Source: a virus. From it: a stretch of 64,000 nucleotides of DNA. Below, piece after piece: positions 1 to 10,161 of the stretch. The stretch is from IMG/VR virus record IMGVR_UViG_3300020185_000033, positions 11,830-75,829 of that record; one strand, 5' to 3'. How positions within the stretch are numbered: the stretch's first letter is position 1; each line of letters opens with the position of its first letter. Both the position numbers and the translations under genes were made by a program. The notes below the pieces were generated by a model. It did not search any database, was not told where the DNA came from, and saw only the letters and a program-made list of their open reading frames with translations.

Positions 1-1168
1 GGCTGTCGTCACCTTCCATAAACTGTAACAGGCTGTTGAATGTATCTGTTGCACGACCCACAGGGTCTTTACCTTCGATCCATGCTAACGTTTCTTTAAT
101 CTGATTTATTGCTTTAGTTCGTAAATGTAGTGGTAATACTGTTGCTCTATGTACATGCTTACCTAGTAAAATATTAACACCAAAGTCTTTTGGTTCTATA
201 AATTCTATATCACATAACTTCCTATAAAAGTTGCATACGTCTAATACATTAAAAATACTAACCGTACAACTAATGTTAAAGTCGTGTTGCGGTAGCTCTT
301 GCTTTAGACGTTCTCTATTTGCAAGTGTATCACTCCATATAGTTCCTTTACGCAAGTACTCGCCTTTCTCCCAGCCTGCATCTAAACTGGCTCCTATGCT
401 AACATTCTTAAACTTCTTCCAGAGCTCAACGGCGTCTTCGTCTTTGTATGTTAGTTTACTAAAGTTGGTGTTGTAAAATATTCTTACATCTGTTCTGCCC
501 ATTTCTACTAACTTGTTCATGATGTACCAATGTTCATCCATTAGTAACGGCTCACCGCCTGCCCAATAAATTTTCTCTACTGTGTGCAAGTACGGATCGA
601 ACTGTTCCATAAATGCAGTATTTCCTTTTCTTATTTGCAATATCTTTTGTTCAGGAGTTCTGTTAAATTTACTGTCTACTGCCTCGTCGAACCATTGACT
701 GCTTAAATCAGGTCCACATGTTCTGCAACGCATGTTACATATATTACTAAATCTGATATCCATATAAGTTAGATGTACATCATCTAAACTGCCGTCTTCT
801 TTTGTCTCTTGTACAATATGCGACTTATCTTTGTGTAAGTCATACTTTTCAAATATGAATTCATCGTTGCTTCTCTTACGCAACGTATCATGTCCTACTT
901 CTTCTAGCTCGTAACATCTATTACAGTTAGATACTTTCTTATTGTCGAGCATGTCTAATCTAAACGACTTCATGTTATCACTGTTATAACATTCATCTAG
1001 GTCCATTTCGTTTAAGTTACCGATAGGTGCGTCATGCTCACTCAAGCAACATGTAAACACTCTGCCATCGGGCCAAGGGTGCATGTGTATCCAAGGTAGG
1101 ATACAGAACGCATCGCCTTCTGCTAACTTTTTTATTTCTTCTACTGTTTTATTAATCTTATTATCCAT
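1..1168 (-). CDS. Radical SAM protein with N-terminal Twitch/SPASM-like domain (runs off the left edge of the window)
   Basis: Hand translation of the minus strand from ATG 1168 (alternative 1183): MDNKINKTVEEIKKLAEGDAFCILPWIHMHPWPDGRVFTCCL...CNRCY...DIRFSNICNMRCRTCGP (CxxxCxxC)...IYWAGGEPLL. The frame is still open at position 2. Absent from the ORF track because it is truncated. Confidence 0.9.
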   Translation of the reverse strand, partial: MDNKINKTVEEIKKLAEGDAFCILPWIHMHPWPDGRVFTCCLSEHDAPIGNLNEMDLDECYNSDNMKSFRLDMLDNKKVSNCNRCYELEEVGHDTLRKRSNDEFIFEKYDLHKDKSHIVQETKEDGSLDDVHLTYMDIRFSNICNMRCRTCGPDLSSQWFDEAVDSKFNRTPEQKILQIRKGNTAFMEQFDPYLHTVEKIYWAGGEPLLMDEHWYIMNKLVEMGRTDVRIFYNTNFSKLTYKDEDAVELWKKFKNVSIGASLDAGWEKGEYLRKGTIWSDTLANRERLKQELPQHDFNISCTVSIFNVLDVCNFYRKLCDIEFIEPKDFGVNILLGKHVHRATVLPLHLRTKAINQIKETLAWIEGKDPVGRATDTFNSLLQFMEGDDS

Positions 1169-1905
1169 GCGTTTAAATCCCATTCCCACCATTTCTCACC
1201 TTGATGCCAAGCACCAGGGTTGCGGTGATGATTATTGTGCCATCCTTCGCCAAACGTTATTAAGTTGACCACGTGATGGTTAACACTTTTGTCTTGCGTG
1301 TCCCAAGTTCTATATCCTAAACTGCGTAACCCGTGCCCATGTCCCCATGTGTTAAAGGCACCTGTTGCCCATACGCATAAACTTGCTGGTACAAGGTATG
1401 CATATATAATTAACATAGGATCTATAATTACTAGCAATGCTATATATAATAATATATATGCAAAAAAGTATTTGTGAGCATTCATTACGTCTTTGTTCTT
1501 TATCCAGTCTTTAGCATTACGCAGATCCCAACGTCCTGTATCAGTTAAGTCTAATGTCCAACTGCGCCATGTACTCATATGATGTGGGCTGTGGGGGTCT
1601 AAAGCATCGTCTGTGTGCTTATGATGTTCTCTGTGGGTAACTATGTATCCAAACACACTACTAACACTTGCCAACGTGGCACTTAGTATTAACACCCTTT
1701 CCCAAAGTTTGCTTGTCTTAAATGTTTTATGAGCAAAGTATCTGTGTTGTCCAACACTGTTGCCTATACTTGCAAACCAAAAGTATGCCACAAGTGATAC
1801 CCACAAGTAGTTACTTGGTCCTAGTACCACAGCCGTAGCAAGTCCTAGATGCATTAAGCATCTTAACACTACGAGTTTAGGTCTAGTAAATGCTAGTATG
1901 TCCAC
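1141..1905 (-). CDS. Membrane fatty-acid (delta-9-type acyl-lipid/acyl-CoA) desaturase
   Basis: Three His boxes HRYFAH, HREHH and HNNHH, plus TDDALDPHSP, GEGWHNNHH and WWEWD motifs and several hydrophobic segments. Confidence 0.92.
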   Translation of the reverse strand: MDILAFTRPKLVVLRCLMHLGLATAVVLGPSNYLWVSLVAYFWFASIGNSVGQHRYFAHKTFKTSKLWERVLILSATLASVSSVFGYIVTHREHHKHTDDALDPHSPHHMSTWRSWTLDLTDTGRWDLRNAKDWIKNKDVMNAHKYFFAYILLYIALLVIIDPMLIIYAYLVPASLCVWATGAFNTWGHGHGLRSLGYRTWDTQDKSVNHHVVNLITFGEGWHNNHHRNPGAWHQGEKWWEWDLNAWIIRLIKQ

Positions 1906-3127
1906 TTTCTTCTACCTTGTCTACAAGTTTACTGAATGCTTCTCTCCAGTTACTTTCATCATTCTTATCTAATAAATCGTTATAACGACAAAACTGTTCC
2001 CACTTTAACTCGTCCCAGTCGCTGTTGTTAAACATGCTCAACAGTGTTCCTAGTTTGTGGTCATTGCCTAATTCTTTTCTAAATTCTGTATGTATCAACT
2101 CTCGAGCCTTAACGGGTATAACCGCAGGACTTAGGTAATCAGGATCATACACGAAGTTCATGTCAACTTCTATCCCATTCATCTCTGCCCATTTAAAAAA
2201 CTCAGGCAACGTTGCATAATTGTATGCACTCACAGTTTGTGTTATTCTTAGAACTAACTTGTCTCTGTTTTGCTTTAAAGTTTCTATGGTCTTTAATACA
2301 GCATTCCAGTTAGTACCTGTTCGTATAAAAGCATTACGATCTTCTAGGTCGTCTATGCTTAAACATATTCTTGCTTCTTTGAACTCGGGCCACAGTTCTA
2401 AAGCAATAGGCGGTAGCATAGTGCAATTAATGTTGTACCATAGTATAACATTTTTACTTCTGCCACTGTCTACTAATTTTTGTAAGTATGCCCAGTGTTG
2501 TTTAATTAATGTTGGCTCCCCTCCATTAATATATAGTAATTCTAAATTGGGTGCAGAGTCAAATAAATCATCATAGAAGTTATCATCCTCTGCCCACTTA
2601 AAGTCTTCCGGAAAGTTTAATCCTAAGTAACCCTTGTTTATGAAGTCAGCCTTTTCAACAATGTCTTTATAATCTTCGAGCCACTTTGAACTACTTGCTG
2701 GATTGCAAGTACGGCACCTAACGTTGCATACATTACCAAGCCTAAGCTCAACAAAACGCAAATCCATAGGTATGCTCCCATCCTCACTAGTAAGTTTGGA
2801 TGCCCAATCGGTGGTATTTTGTTTAAATACTTCGGTCTCATGTTGTCGTTTGCTTTTCACTCCTTTGTCTTCTTCCTCATAGCATCGCATACATGCTTTT
2901 GGTTTTTCGTCGTTTAGCATTTGCAGTCGAACTTCTTTATAGTAGTCACTATTCATATGCTGTTCAACTGACTGCTTGTTTAAATCAAAGAATTGGTTAT
3001 GGTCCTCCTTATAATTCCTTGCTCGATTCAAGCCATCAGTGTGATCACTTATACAACATAATGTTACACCACCGTGTGGGTGTGTTGCTAAATGATTCCA
3101 AGGTAGTGGACAATATGTGTTACTCAA
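1883..3127 (-). CDS. Radical SAM protein with N-terminal Twitch/SPASM-like domain
   Basis: CNVRCRTC cluster motif, NGGEP, and N-terminal YCPLPW...LCC...CMRC. Confidence 0.9.
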   Translation of the reverse strand: MSNTYCPLPWNHLATHPHGGVTLCCISDHTDGLNRARNYKEDHNQFFDLNKQSVEQHMNSDYYKEVRLQMLNDEKPKACMRCYEEEDKGVKSKRQHETEVFKQNTTDWASKLTSEDGSIPMDLRFVELRLGNVCNVRCRTCNPASSSKWLEDYKDIVEKADFINKGYLGLNFPEDFKWAEDDNFYDDLFDSAPNLELLYINGGEPTLIKQHWAYLQKLVDSGRSKNVILWYNINCTMLPPIALELWPEFKEARICLSIDDLEDRNAFIRTGTNWNAVLKTIETLKQNRDKLVLRITQTVSAYNYATLPEFFKWAEMNGIEVDMNFVYDPDYLSPAVIPVKARELIHTEFRKELGNDHKLGTLLSMFNNSDWDELKWEQFCRYNDLLDKNDESNWREAFSKLVDKVEESGHTSIY

Positions 3128-4545
3128 TTGCTATACTCCCCTTGACTGACAGGCAGGAACCCTGCTGTCGACACTGCTTCAAATTCTGCATCATAATCAA
3201 ACTCATGTTTAATTAACTCATACAGTTCAGGGAAAACTTTAACAAAGTTTTCTTCTCGGTATATATCTCCTCCCACTATTTGAGATTTGAATATAGTCCA
3301 TTTTTGCTGACTGCTACGCTCATCAAAGAACTTTAACTTTTCAGCATCAAATTTATTTTTTAAACTGCTAACTACACTGTCGCCATTTACATATAGCGGT
3401 GAGTTCATAAAGTTTACTAGTGCATTGGCTTCTTCTCTGTACTGAGGTAACCAATCATATCTTAATAATTTATCTGAAACCATCTTTTTCGCTGACTTCG
3501 GAAGTACTGGTGGCGATATCCATTTCGGATAGTGTACCGAATTATTCCAAATCTTAAAGTTAGGAAATGTAGTCTTAAAGTATTCGTGGAAGTCCGGCAA
3601 ATATAAAATGTTCAGTGCGGTAACTGTGTGTGTTATTTGTACAAACACAGGGTGCTCACTGTTATGTAATTCATAATAGTAATCTAAATTTTGTTTTACT
3701 TCGTCCCACTTGCCTGGGTGCCTGAGGTACGTGAACTTATCTTCTACTCCGTCTATGCTAACACTAAATGCTATGTCCTTAAAGTTTTTAACCATCTTGT
3801 CTAGGAAATCTTTATCAGCAATAGTACCGTTAGTACTTAATGTTAATGCTACATTCTTTGACCTACCTGTGTCAATCAAATAATCCACAAACTGTTTGAA
3901 CTCTTTCATATAGAAAGGCTCACCGCCCATTATTTCCATACGCATTACATCTTTAGTCCAGTCGTCCATTGTTTTCCAGAATGCACTACGCTCTATGTCG
4001 TTCATATTAATTTCAGCAGTTGTTTCCCAAAAAGGAATATTTCTGTCAATTGATTCTTCTCTCCACTTACTGCTGTAGTTTGTGTTGCAACTTCTACATT
4101 TTAAATTACATGTGTTATCAAATATTAACTGTACATCTATTAGTCTTTCAGGTTCAACGGAATAGTTAATACAATCATCGCCATACCATTCTTTATAATA
4201 GTTATTGTACTGCTGTCGTTTAGACTCTTTTCCGTTGCTCTCATCTACCCAACACGTCTCACAGTTAGGAATATCTTCGCCTCCACGAATTCTATTTCTC
4301 ATGTTGGTCATTGTTTCGCTATTAAGTATTTCAAGCATCGAATGTTCACCTAGGTTAAAATCTTTGCCGTGTTTATCTTTAATTCTGTCTTTTGCAATAC
4401 AGCAAGTTCTCACTGTGCCGCCAGGTTCATTACTAATATGACTCCATAGTAATGCACAGTATTTGAAATCCGGATCGAAATAATCCTTTGCATCAGCAGT
4501 GTCATACTCAAAACCGAACCTATTTATTTTTCGCGAAGTAGTCAT
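3124..4545 (-). CDS. Radical SAM protein with N-terminal Twitch/SPASM-like domain
   Basis: CNLKCRSC, MGGEPF, STNGT, SIDG, and N-terminal YCALLW...TCC...CETCW. Confidence 0.9.
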   Translation of the reverse strand: MTTSRKINRFGFEYDTADAKDYFDPDFKYCALLWSHISNEPGGTVRTCCIAKDRIKDKHGKDFNLGEHSMLEILNSETMTNMRNRIRGGEDIPNCETCWVDESNGKESKRQQYNNYYKEWYGDDCINYSVEPERLIDVQLIFDNTCNLKCRSCNTNYSSKWREESIDRNIPFWETTAEINMNDIERSAFWKTMDDWTKDVMRMEIMGGEPFYMKEFKQFVDYLIDTGRSKNVALTLSTNGTIADKDFLDKMVKNFKDIAFSVSIDGVEDKFTYLRHPGKWDEVKQNLDYYYELHNSEHPVFVQITHTVTALNILYLPDFHEYFKTTFPNFKIWNNSVHYPKWISPPVLPKSAKKMVSDKLLRYDWLPQYREEANALVNFMNSPLYVNGDSVVSSLKNKFDAEKLKFFDERSSQQKWTIFKSQIVGGDIYREENFVKVFPELYELIKHEFDYDAEFEAVSTAGFLPVSQGEYSN

Positions 4546-5527
4546 AGTTCTCTAATAAAAATTTACTAACACACAGTCTTGTTCTGTGGTTGCCTCTGTT
4601 TATGCTTTTATATTTTGCTTCTTGTGATGTAGCAAACAATACGCAATTAGTTACCTCTAAGTCGTTGTGTAAACACAAGGCATAGTAGGCGTCATAGTAT
4701 TTAACTGGAATGTAATCAGGGCTCCAGTTTAACATACAGAACACACCTATCTTACAGGCAAAGTTATTCACGATACCATTTTGGTTTGCAAACATTACAG
4801 GGTCGTCAATCTCATCACGCTGAAATCTTATACCTGCTCTAGCACCAATAATAGGAAATGTTTTGCCTAAACTAAATGTTACTTCTTCGATGCACTTGTG
4901 GGATAAATCTATATTTATATTTGAACACATACCAAAGTAAGCCATGTCTATTAAAACAGGAATATCCATTTTTGTTGCTGTTAGTAAAAAGTCAGTTAAC
5001 TGGTTATGCTTACAGCCGGTATCACTAAACGGACAACTAATTATTAAAGCATCGCCTGGCTCTAGTGCATTATGTTCTGAAAGCCATTCCCAATCAAGAT
5101 TCATTACGTTACAGGCAATCTTATGCATCATGAAGTCGCCTGTTGCTACTTTGAAGCGCCTGTTGTTATGTCTCATCATAAACATTTGAAATGCTTCCGA
5201 TGTGCCGTTAGTAATACTTGCATGTCGATATAAGTCTAATCCATGTATAGTATTAAGTTTTGTAGAACCAATCCAGTCTCTAAAAACTGTTTTATATTCT
5301 TCTTGTATAAGGTGCTTACCATCAGCAACAAATATATCAGTTAATCCATCTTTGGTATATTCTTTTAATTTCTTTGTTATGTCTTCATCTTGTAAAGCAT
5401 AGCCGCCTTTAAATTCTGCTACATCTACATTTCTAAGGTCAATACTTTCTCCGCATCGTTTAAATAGCGGGTTATCGTATTTAGGTATGTTCACTTCGTT
5501 ATTACATACTTCAATCTTCGTCAGCAT
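4520..5527 (-). CDS. PLP-dependent (fold type I) aminotransferase-like enzyme
   Basis: ITNGTSEAF, SCPFSDTG, VLIDMAY and TFSLGKTF...RAG (PLP lysine context) match class I/II aminotransferase motifs. Confidence 0.75.
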   Translation of the reverse strand: MLTKIEVCNNEVNIPKYDNPLFKRCGESIDLRNVDVAEFKGGYALQDEDITKKLKEYTKDGLTDIFVADGKHLIQEEYKTVFRDWIGSTKLNTIHGLDLYRHASITNGTSEAFQMFMMRHNNRRFKVATGDFMMHKIACNVMNLDWEWLSEHNALEPGDALIISCPFSDTGCKHNQLTDFLLTATKMDIPVLIDMAYFGMCSNINIDLSHKCIEEVTFSLGKTFPIIGARAGIRFQRDEIDDPVMFANQNGIVNNFACKIGVFCMLNWSPDYIPVKYYDAYYALCLHNDLEVTNCVLFATSQEAKYKSINRGNHRTRLCVSKFLLENYDYFAKNK

Positions 5528-6302
5528 CTAACTCTCCATGTCCGTATTCAGTATCAATGTGATAAGGCTGGTTCTTATCATTGTCATACCAATATAAACT
5601 TTTATGTGGTGGATCTCTCCAATCATGTACACTGTCGCTGATATAATAAAATAGTCTAAAGCCTACTCTAAACTTATCCTCAGGACAATCTATCGGATTA
5701 GGATGTCCATGAAAGCCACGTTTGTGATATTTCCAAATTACAACATTGCCCATCTCTGGGAAGTAACTTACAATTTTATCTTTCTTCTCGAAGTCCCAAA
5801 ATTGTAAATCTCCATTCCACTCTGGCTCCCATTCAGGAGTAAAATATAGAATCAAACTTAATGCCCTATGTGTTTGACATTGTTCATTCCAATTAAAGTC
5901 AGTGTGTATTTTTAAACTATCACCTTTATAACTTTTCATGTACCCTGCCCCCACAAGATACGGATCAGGGAGTAAATGACCTACGTCACAAACTTTGCTT
6001 AACCATGTCAAGAAAGGTTTGCTATGTAAGGCACTAACTACTGCTCTGGCAACTGGTGCCTCTTCTAAATCATTACACTCTTCCATATAACTATCAGCTC
6101 TTGTGAACGTTGTCCAAAATGCTTTAGGTATAGTTTTACTTTCTTCGTATAATGCTTTTGCTACATGCGGAGGAACAAAGTCCTCGACATGTAACGTAGG
6201 ATAAGGCGGAGTATATCGATACTTCTCATTTAAAGAACGCATCTCTTCCTTCTTGCCCCACTTAGTAAAAATATAATCTAGTATTTCCTGATCCGTAATC
6301 AA
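5511..6302 (-). CDS. 2OG-Fe(II) oxygenase (prolyl-hydroxylase-like)
   Basis: LKIHTDFN (HxD), WNGDLQFW, FHGHP (distal His) and RVGF (Arg). The start is placed at TTG 6302, after GGAG and the upstream stop; the ORF-track start at 6386 lies inside the previous gene. Confidence 0.88.
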   Translation of the reverse strand: MITDQEILDYIFTKWGKKEEMRSLNEKYRYTPPYPTLHVEDFVPPHVAKALYEESKTIPKAFWTTFTRADSYMEECNDLEEAPVARAVVSALHSKPFLTWLSKVCDVGHLLPDPYLVGAGYMKSYKGDSLKIHTDFNWNEQCQTHRALSLILYFTPEWEPEWNGDLQFWDFEKKDKIVSYFPEMGNVVIWKYHKRGFHGHPNPIDCPEDKFRVGFRLFYYISDSVHDWRDPPHKSLYWYDNDKNQPYHIDTEYGHGELDADED

Positions 6303-6303
6303 T

Positions 6304-7623
6304 TTACTCTCCCCTGGTGTTACCGTAATGTATAACAGTAATACCTTGAGCCTTAGGAGTCTTCCTCCACGGATCAATAACAACACTGCCTTCTGGGAAG
6401 GATAAGTCTGTGCCGTTACCCGTCTTAACAGTTAATGCAGTATCACAGTCTGTAACATTGTGATCACCGTACCACTTAGACACAAAGTCCAATTGCTCAC
6501 CGTAAGTGACCTCTGGGTTATGTGCTAGTAAGTAAACTGCTGGTTGGCTTAATACTTCTGCTGTAGGAATATCTCCTGTTTGTTCGTCATAGTAGTAAAG
6601 GGTATTACCTGCTTTCTCTACATAATGACCTACGAGCATACTGCTAGAGCCTGCTTCGTATGGAACCATTGGCTTGTATGCTTTACCTACAATAATTATA
6701 GGCTTCTCATCATACATCTTACCTTGGAACATATATCCACTAGTGTGCTTGATAAGTTCCTTTGCCATGTTCTCTGCTTGTACTTCTCTACTACGCATTA
6801 CTGCATCAAATAAGTCATAGCCTAAGTCCAAGTCCTCTGCCATCCAACGCAAGGCAATATTATCTCTAGGGTGGCAAGCACCACCATCGCCCATACCTGG
6901 CTTCATATAACCTGGTCCCATAATACGTCTGTCACTGTTAGCAAGTGCATCACATACAACTTCTGCATTGATGTTGCCTGCCTTTTGAGCAACGTCTTGA
7001 ATCATGTTTACTAAACTTACTTTTGCACTAATAAATGTGTTATAGAAAACTTTGATACATTCTACTTCGTCCCAAGTACCGATAACATAGTTTGGTTCAT
7101 TCTGCATAATTGTATCGTAAAAGTCTCTTAACTGTTTCGCATCACCAGTTTCGCTTCCGTCTTCTGTACCTATCATTACCATTTCTGGATTAACCATATC
7201 CCACTTGACTGTGCCCATAGCAATTAAGTATGGGTTGTAAATGAAACGTGCATTAGTAATAAGATGTACGAAGTCTCGTCTTACCGTTCCCGGTAGTACT
7301 GTTGATATAAGGACGACTAGTTGGTCTTTTGTTGCTACCTCATTCACCTGAGTTAGAACTCGCTTGACTGTACTATAGTCGAAGTCCTTATTTGGTAAAT
7401 GGCTGGTAGGTGCTTTTCCATCATATTGCGGATCATGTGGAGTTTGTACTGCAATAAAAACAATGTCTTGTCCTTTTACAGCATCTTCCATCTCGTTAAC
7501 CATTGTAAAGTTTTCAGGCTCTACCGGGTTAATATCATATCCAACAACATCATGTACTTCGGCGACCATTTCGGCGCAGGCTTGTCCTAACTTGCCAACT
7601 CCGATAAATCCGATTGAGGCCAT
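6304..7623 (-). CDS. UDP-glucose/GDP-mannose dehydrogenase family protein
   Basis: GFIGVGKLG NAD-binding loop, FIAVQTP, ISTVLPGT, IKVFYNTF, catalytic GDGGACHPRD and GKAYKP. AGGAG lies upstream. Confidence 0.92.
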   Translation of the reverse strand: MASIGFIGVGKLGQACAEMVAEVHDVVGYDINPVEPENFTMVNEMEDAVKGQDIVFIAVQTPHDPQYDGKAPTSHLPNKDFDYSTVKRVLTQVNEVATKDQLVVLISTVLPGTVRRDFVHLITNARFIYNPYLIAMGTVKWDMVNPEMVMIGTEDGSETGDAKQLRDFYDTIMQNEPNYVIGTWDEVECIKVFYNTFISAKVSLVNMIQDVAQKAGNINAEVVCDALANSDRRIMGPGYMKPGMGDGGACHPRDNIALRWMAEDLDLGYDLFDAVMRSREVQAENMAKELIKHTSGYMFQGKMYDEKPIIIVGKAYKPMVPYEAGSSSMLVGHYVEKAGNTLYYYDEQTGDIPTAEVLSQPAVYLLAHNPEVTYGEQLDFVSKWYGDHNVTDCDTALTVKTGNGTDLSFPEGSVVIDPWRKTPKAQGITVIHYGNTRGE

Positions 7624-7673
7624 GTTGTTCTCCTAAATTTTTAAATATGTGTGTGTAGAATTAACTACTCTTA

Positions 7674-7704
7674 TATTTATCATCTAAGTTAAACAGTGTT
7701 TTAA
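7674..7704 (-). promoter_or_regulatory. Putative phage late promoter, TTAAAA-N17-GATAAATA
   Basis: Minus strand reads ttaaaa cactgtttaacttagat gataaata in the gap upstream of the dehydrogenase operon. It resembles the T4 late -10 element TATAAATA. Confidence 0.65.
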
Positions 7705-7712
7705 AGTTGTGA

Positions 7713-8834
7713 TTAAGTATTTCTTGCTGAGAAAACATTTTCTATAAGACGTTGTCTATATATGTCTCGGTTTTTACCTGACAGTGTTTTGTAATTGTAT
7801 AATGCTATTTGTAGAATACGATCCCAATCATATGTATCTATGTTATTAATAATGTGTATAATATTATCATTCGTTTCTGCCCAGTCTAGACTTATGTAGT
7901 CGCCAAATATTTCTGTGTAGGGATTATATCCCATGTCTCTTAATGCGTCTAGAATATACCTACTACCATTTATAACAAACGGCATACCATACAAAATAGG
8001 CTTAAATGTTTTTTCTGTTATTTGTGTTATAGGATATAAGTCAGAGCCTACATCAGGAAATGTTTCCATACTGATCCACAATTTAGATTGTGTTACCCAT
8101 TGTTGTTTAACATCTCTATCATTACATTGTAAGGGATTACTTTCGTATTTTGGATTTATTATATGTTTATCCCAACTACCTATTATATTATTTTCCACTA
8201 GACTGTTATTACAGGCTTTGAACCACATATCTAATCTGTGTGATTTAATTTTACCCAGTAAGCATGTAAAGTCATGCTTTTTATTATTATGCGTGTTATC
8301 TTTAATGAACCTTTTTATGTCAACGTCTTCTAACCATTCAGGTATAAGCCTGCTAGTATTTGCTTCTTGTTCCCAAATATTTGCATGTACCCAATTAATA
8401 TCTGGATACTTTTTTGCCAGTCTTGGATCAACGTTGTCACTCACAATAGTAAATGATTTAGTATTGGACACCCAGTTAAACAGTGTGGGATCATCGTATA
8501 CCTTGGGCAGGTAATCTAGTTGCTCAAAAAACGGTATGCCCGGTATCCATGGCTCAGCAGGATTAGTTATTAAAATATGTTTGTCTCTAATCCAATCTCG
8601 TTCTTTTAATGCATAAAAAAGGTGAGTCGAAAGTTCTAGTATATCTGTTGTGTTCTCTTTAGCATCGTCGTAATCAACAAGTTCTATGTCTGTGCCTAAC
8701 AGTTTGTTAAGACTAAAGTGAGACACTGCTGTCCATGGACTAATTGGATCAAGTAGTGTGTTGATATCTGTTAGCCGGTCGATGTCAAACAAATTACTAT
8801 TATGTCGAGTAAAATTTATTGTTTTAATTTTCAT
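7713..8834 (-). CDS. Glycosyltransferase-like protein (GT10/fucosyltransferase-like C-terminal motif)
   Basis: ISMETF...ITEKTFKPILYGMPFVING resembles the GT10 'EN...Y(I/V)TEK...P(I/V)..G' motif. Two paralogs occur nearby. Confidence 0.5.
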   Translation of the reverse strand: MKIKTINFTRHNSNLFDIDRLTDINTLLDPISPWTAVSHFSLNKLLGTDIELVDYDDAKENTTDILELSTHLFYALKERDWIRDKHILITNPAEPWIPGIPFFEQLDYLPKVYDDPTLFNWVSNTKSFTIVSDNVDPRLAKKYPDINWVHANIWEQEANTSRLIPEWLEDVDIKRFIKDNTHNNKKHDFTCLLGKIKSHRLDMWFKACNNSLVENNIIGSWDKHIINPKYESNPLQCNDRDVKQQWVTQSKLWISMETFPDVGSDLYPITQITEKTFKPILYGMPFVINGSRYILDALRDMGYNPYTEIFGDYISLDWAETNDNIIHIINNIDTYDWDRILQIALYNYKTLSGKNRDIYRQRLIENVFSARNT

Positions 8835-8838
8835 AACT

Positions 8839-10161
8839 TTACTGTCTTTTAAAATGCTGAGCGTTTATATTAAACGGGTCATTGTTAGCCATTAGTGTAA
8901 TTAGTTTTTTGTTATGTTTTATTTTTTCCTGTACCTGGGGTGAAAAAAACTTTTCATGTATTTCTATTAGTGGTGTCTCTAGATAGTTAACTAATACTTC
9001 CTTTATAGCTTCCATACGCTCTCCGTCATCATGTATGTTGTCGAATGAATAGTCGAATATCTCTGGGAAAAGTTTAAAGCCTAATCCAGATATATGTTGA
9101 TGAGAGTGGCGCAATCCCACACATAACAAAGGCAATTCAAAATAAAATGCTTTAAAGGTTTTCTCTGTTATAAATCCTGTGAATGAACTGTGCTCATACT
9201 CTCCCCAGTCATTTCCTCCACCAGATGTAGGATTGGTGTTTGAATTAAAGTATGTTTCACATGCTATCCAGGAATACGCACTTGATATAACTCTATAAGG
9301 AGGACTATCTTGGTTACGCAAAAATCTGCCGTCTCTGTGTCTAGAATAAGAATTAACTGCTTCCTTCTTTAAAAATATTCCTTTGTCTCTGTATGAGTAA
9401 TATATGTCTCGTTCGTAAGGAGCAATAGTGTCTACTACTTGTGTGCGATGGGTTTTCGTAAAGTTATTTAAGCACACTAGTTTTTTAAATCTAATCTTGT
9501 TCCCTGTTTTATCTAGAATACTGTCGGGCCAAGATTTTTTGCCCGGACTATCTGATATGCGTAGAGGATATATAGTAAAGTACTGTACATCTGCTCCTTG
9601 CAAGACACGTTTATACTTTCTACAAATTGTCCAGTTAGCCATTAAAAATTTAAGACGGTCATACCCTATAGGCTCAAAATCCTTTGCAAGTTTCTCTGCT
9701 CTATCAAACTCTCGAAACTCATCTAGATACATATCCCACCCATTCACGAATGCTATGTGCAAGTTTTTGCAATTAGCATTAATAAACTCTTGTACTAATC
9801 CACTAAAGTCTATATTTTTATCGTTGTATGGATATGTAGATATACCCATGGTGTAATACATATTCTTATTAGGATATCGATTACAAAGGTCTTTTATTTG
9901 ATCCCAATCATCTACAATAATAATCGAGCCGTAAAAATTTGTTCTCTCAAACTCGCCTTCTAAGAAGTGCGGACTTATACTAACGAAGTTTCTGTTATCG
10001 TCGCTTTGTCCTTTCTCCAAGCAAATGCCGCCTTGGTCGTCAGTAGTACAAATACTGTGATAGATATATAGTTCGCTTGTTGAAGATATATCCGGGTTGG
10101 TATTCAGTAGTTTGTCGTATGACCAAACTAAATGTTCTGATACTCCTCCTATTTCAATCAT
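8839..10161 (-). CDS. Glycosyltransferase-like protein (GT10-like C-terminal motif)
   Basis: CLNNFTKTHR, IACETYF...FITEKTFKAFYFELPLLCVG and GFKLFPEIFDYSFD. Confidence 0.5.
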   Translation of the reverse strand: MIEIGGVSEHLVWSYDKLLNTNPDISSTSELYIYHSICTTDDQGGICLEKGQSDDNRNFVSISPHFLEGEFERTNFYGSIIIVDDWDQIKDLCNRYPNKNMYYTMGISTYPYNDKNIDFSGLVQEFINANCKNLHIAFVNGWDMYLDEFREFDRAEKLAKDFEPIGYDRLKFLMANWTICRKYKRVLQGADVQYFTIYPLRISDSPGKKSWPDSILDKTGNKIRFKKLVCLNNFTKTHRTQVVDTIAPYERDIYYSYRDKGIFLKKEAVNSYSRHRDGRFLRNQDSPPYRVISSAYSWIACETYFNSNTNPTSGGGNDWGEYEHSSFTGFITEKTFKAFYFELPLLCVGLRHSHQHISGLGFKLFPEIFDYSFDNIHDDGERMEAIKEVLVNYLETPLIEIHEKFFSPQVQEKIKHNKKLITLMANNDPFNINAQHFKRQ

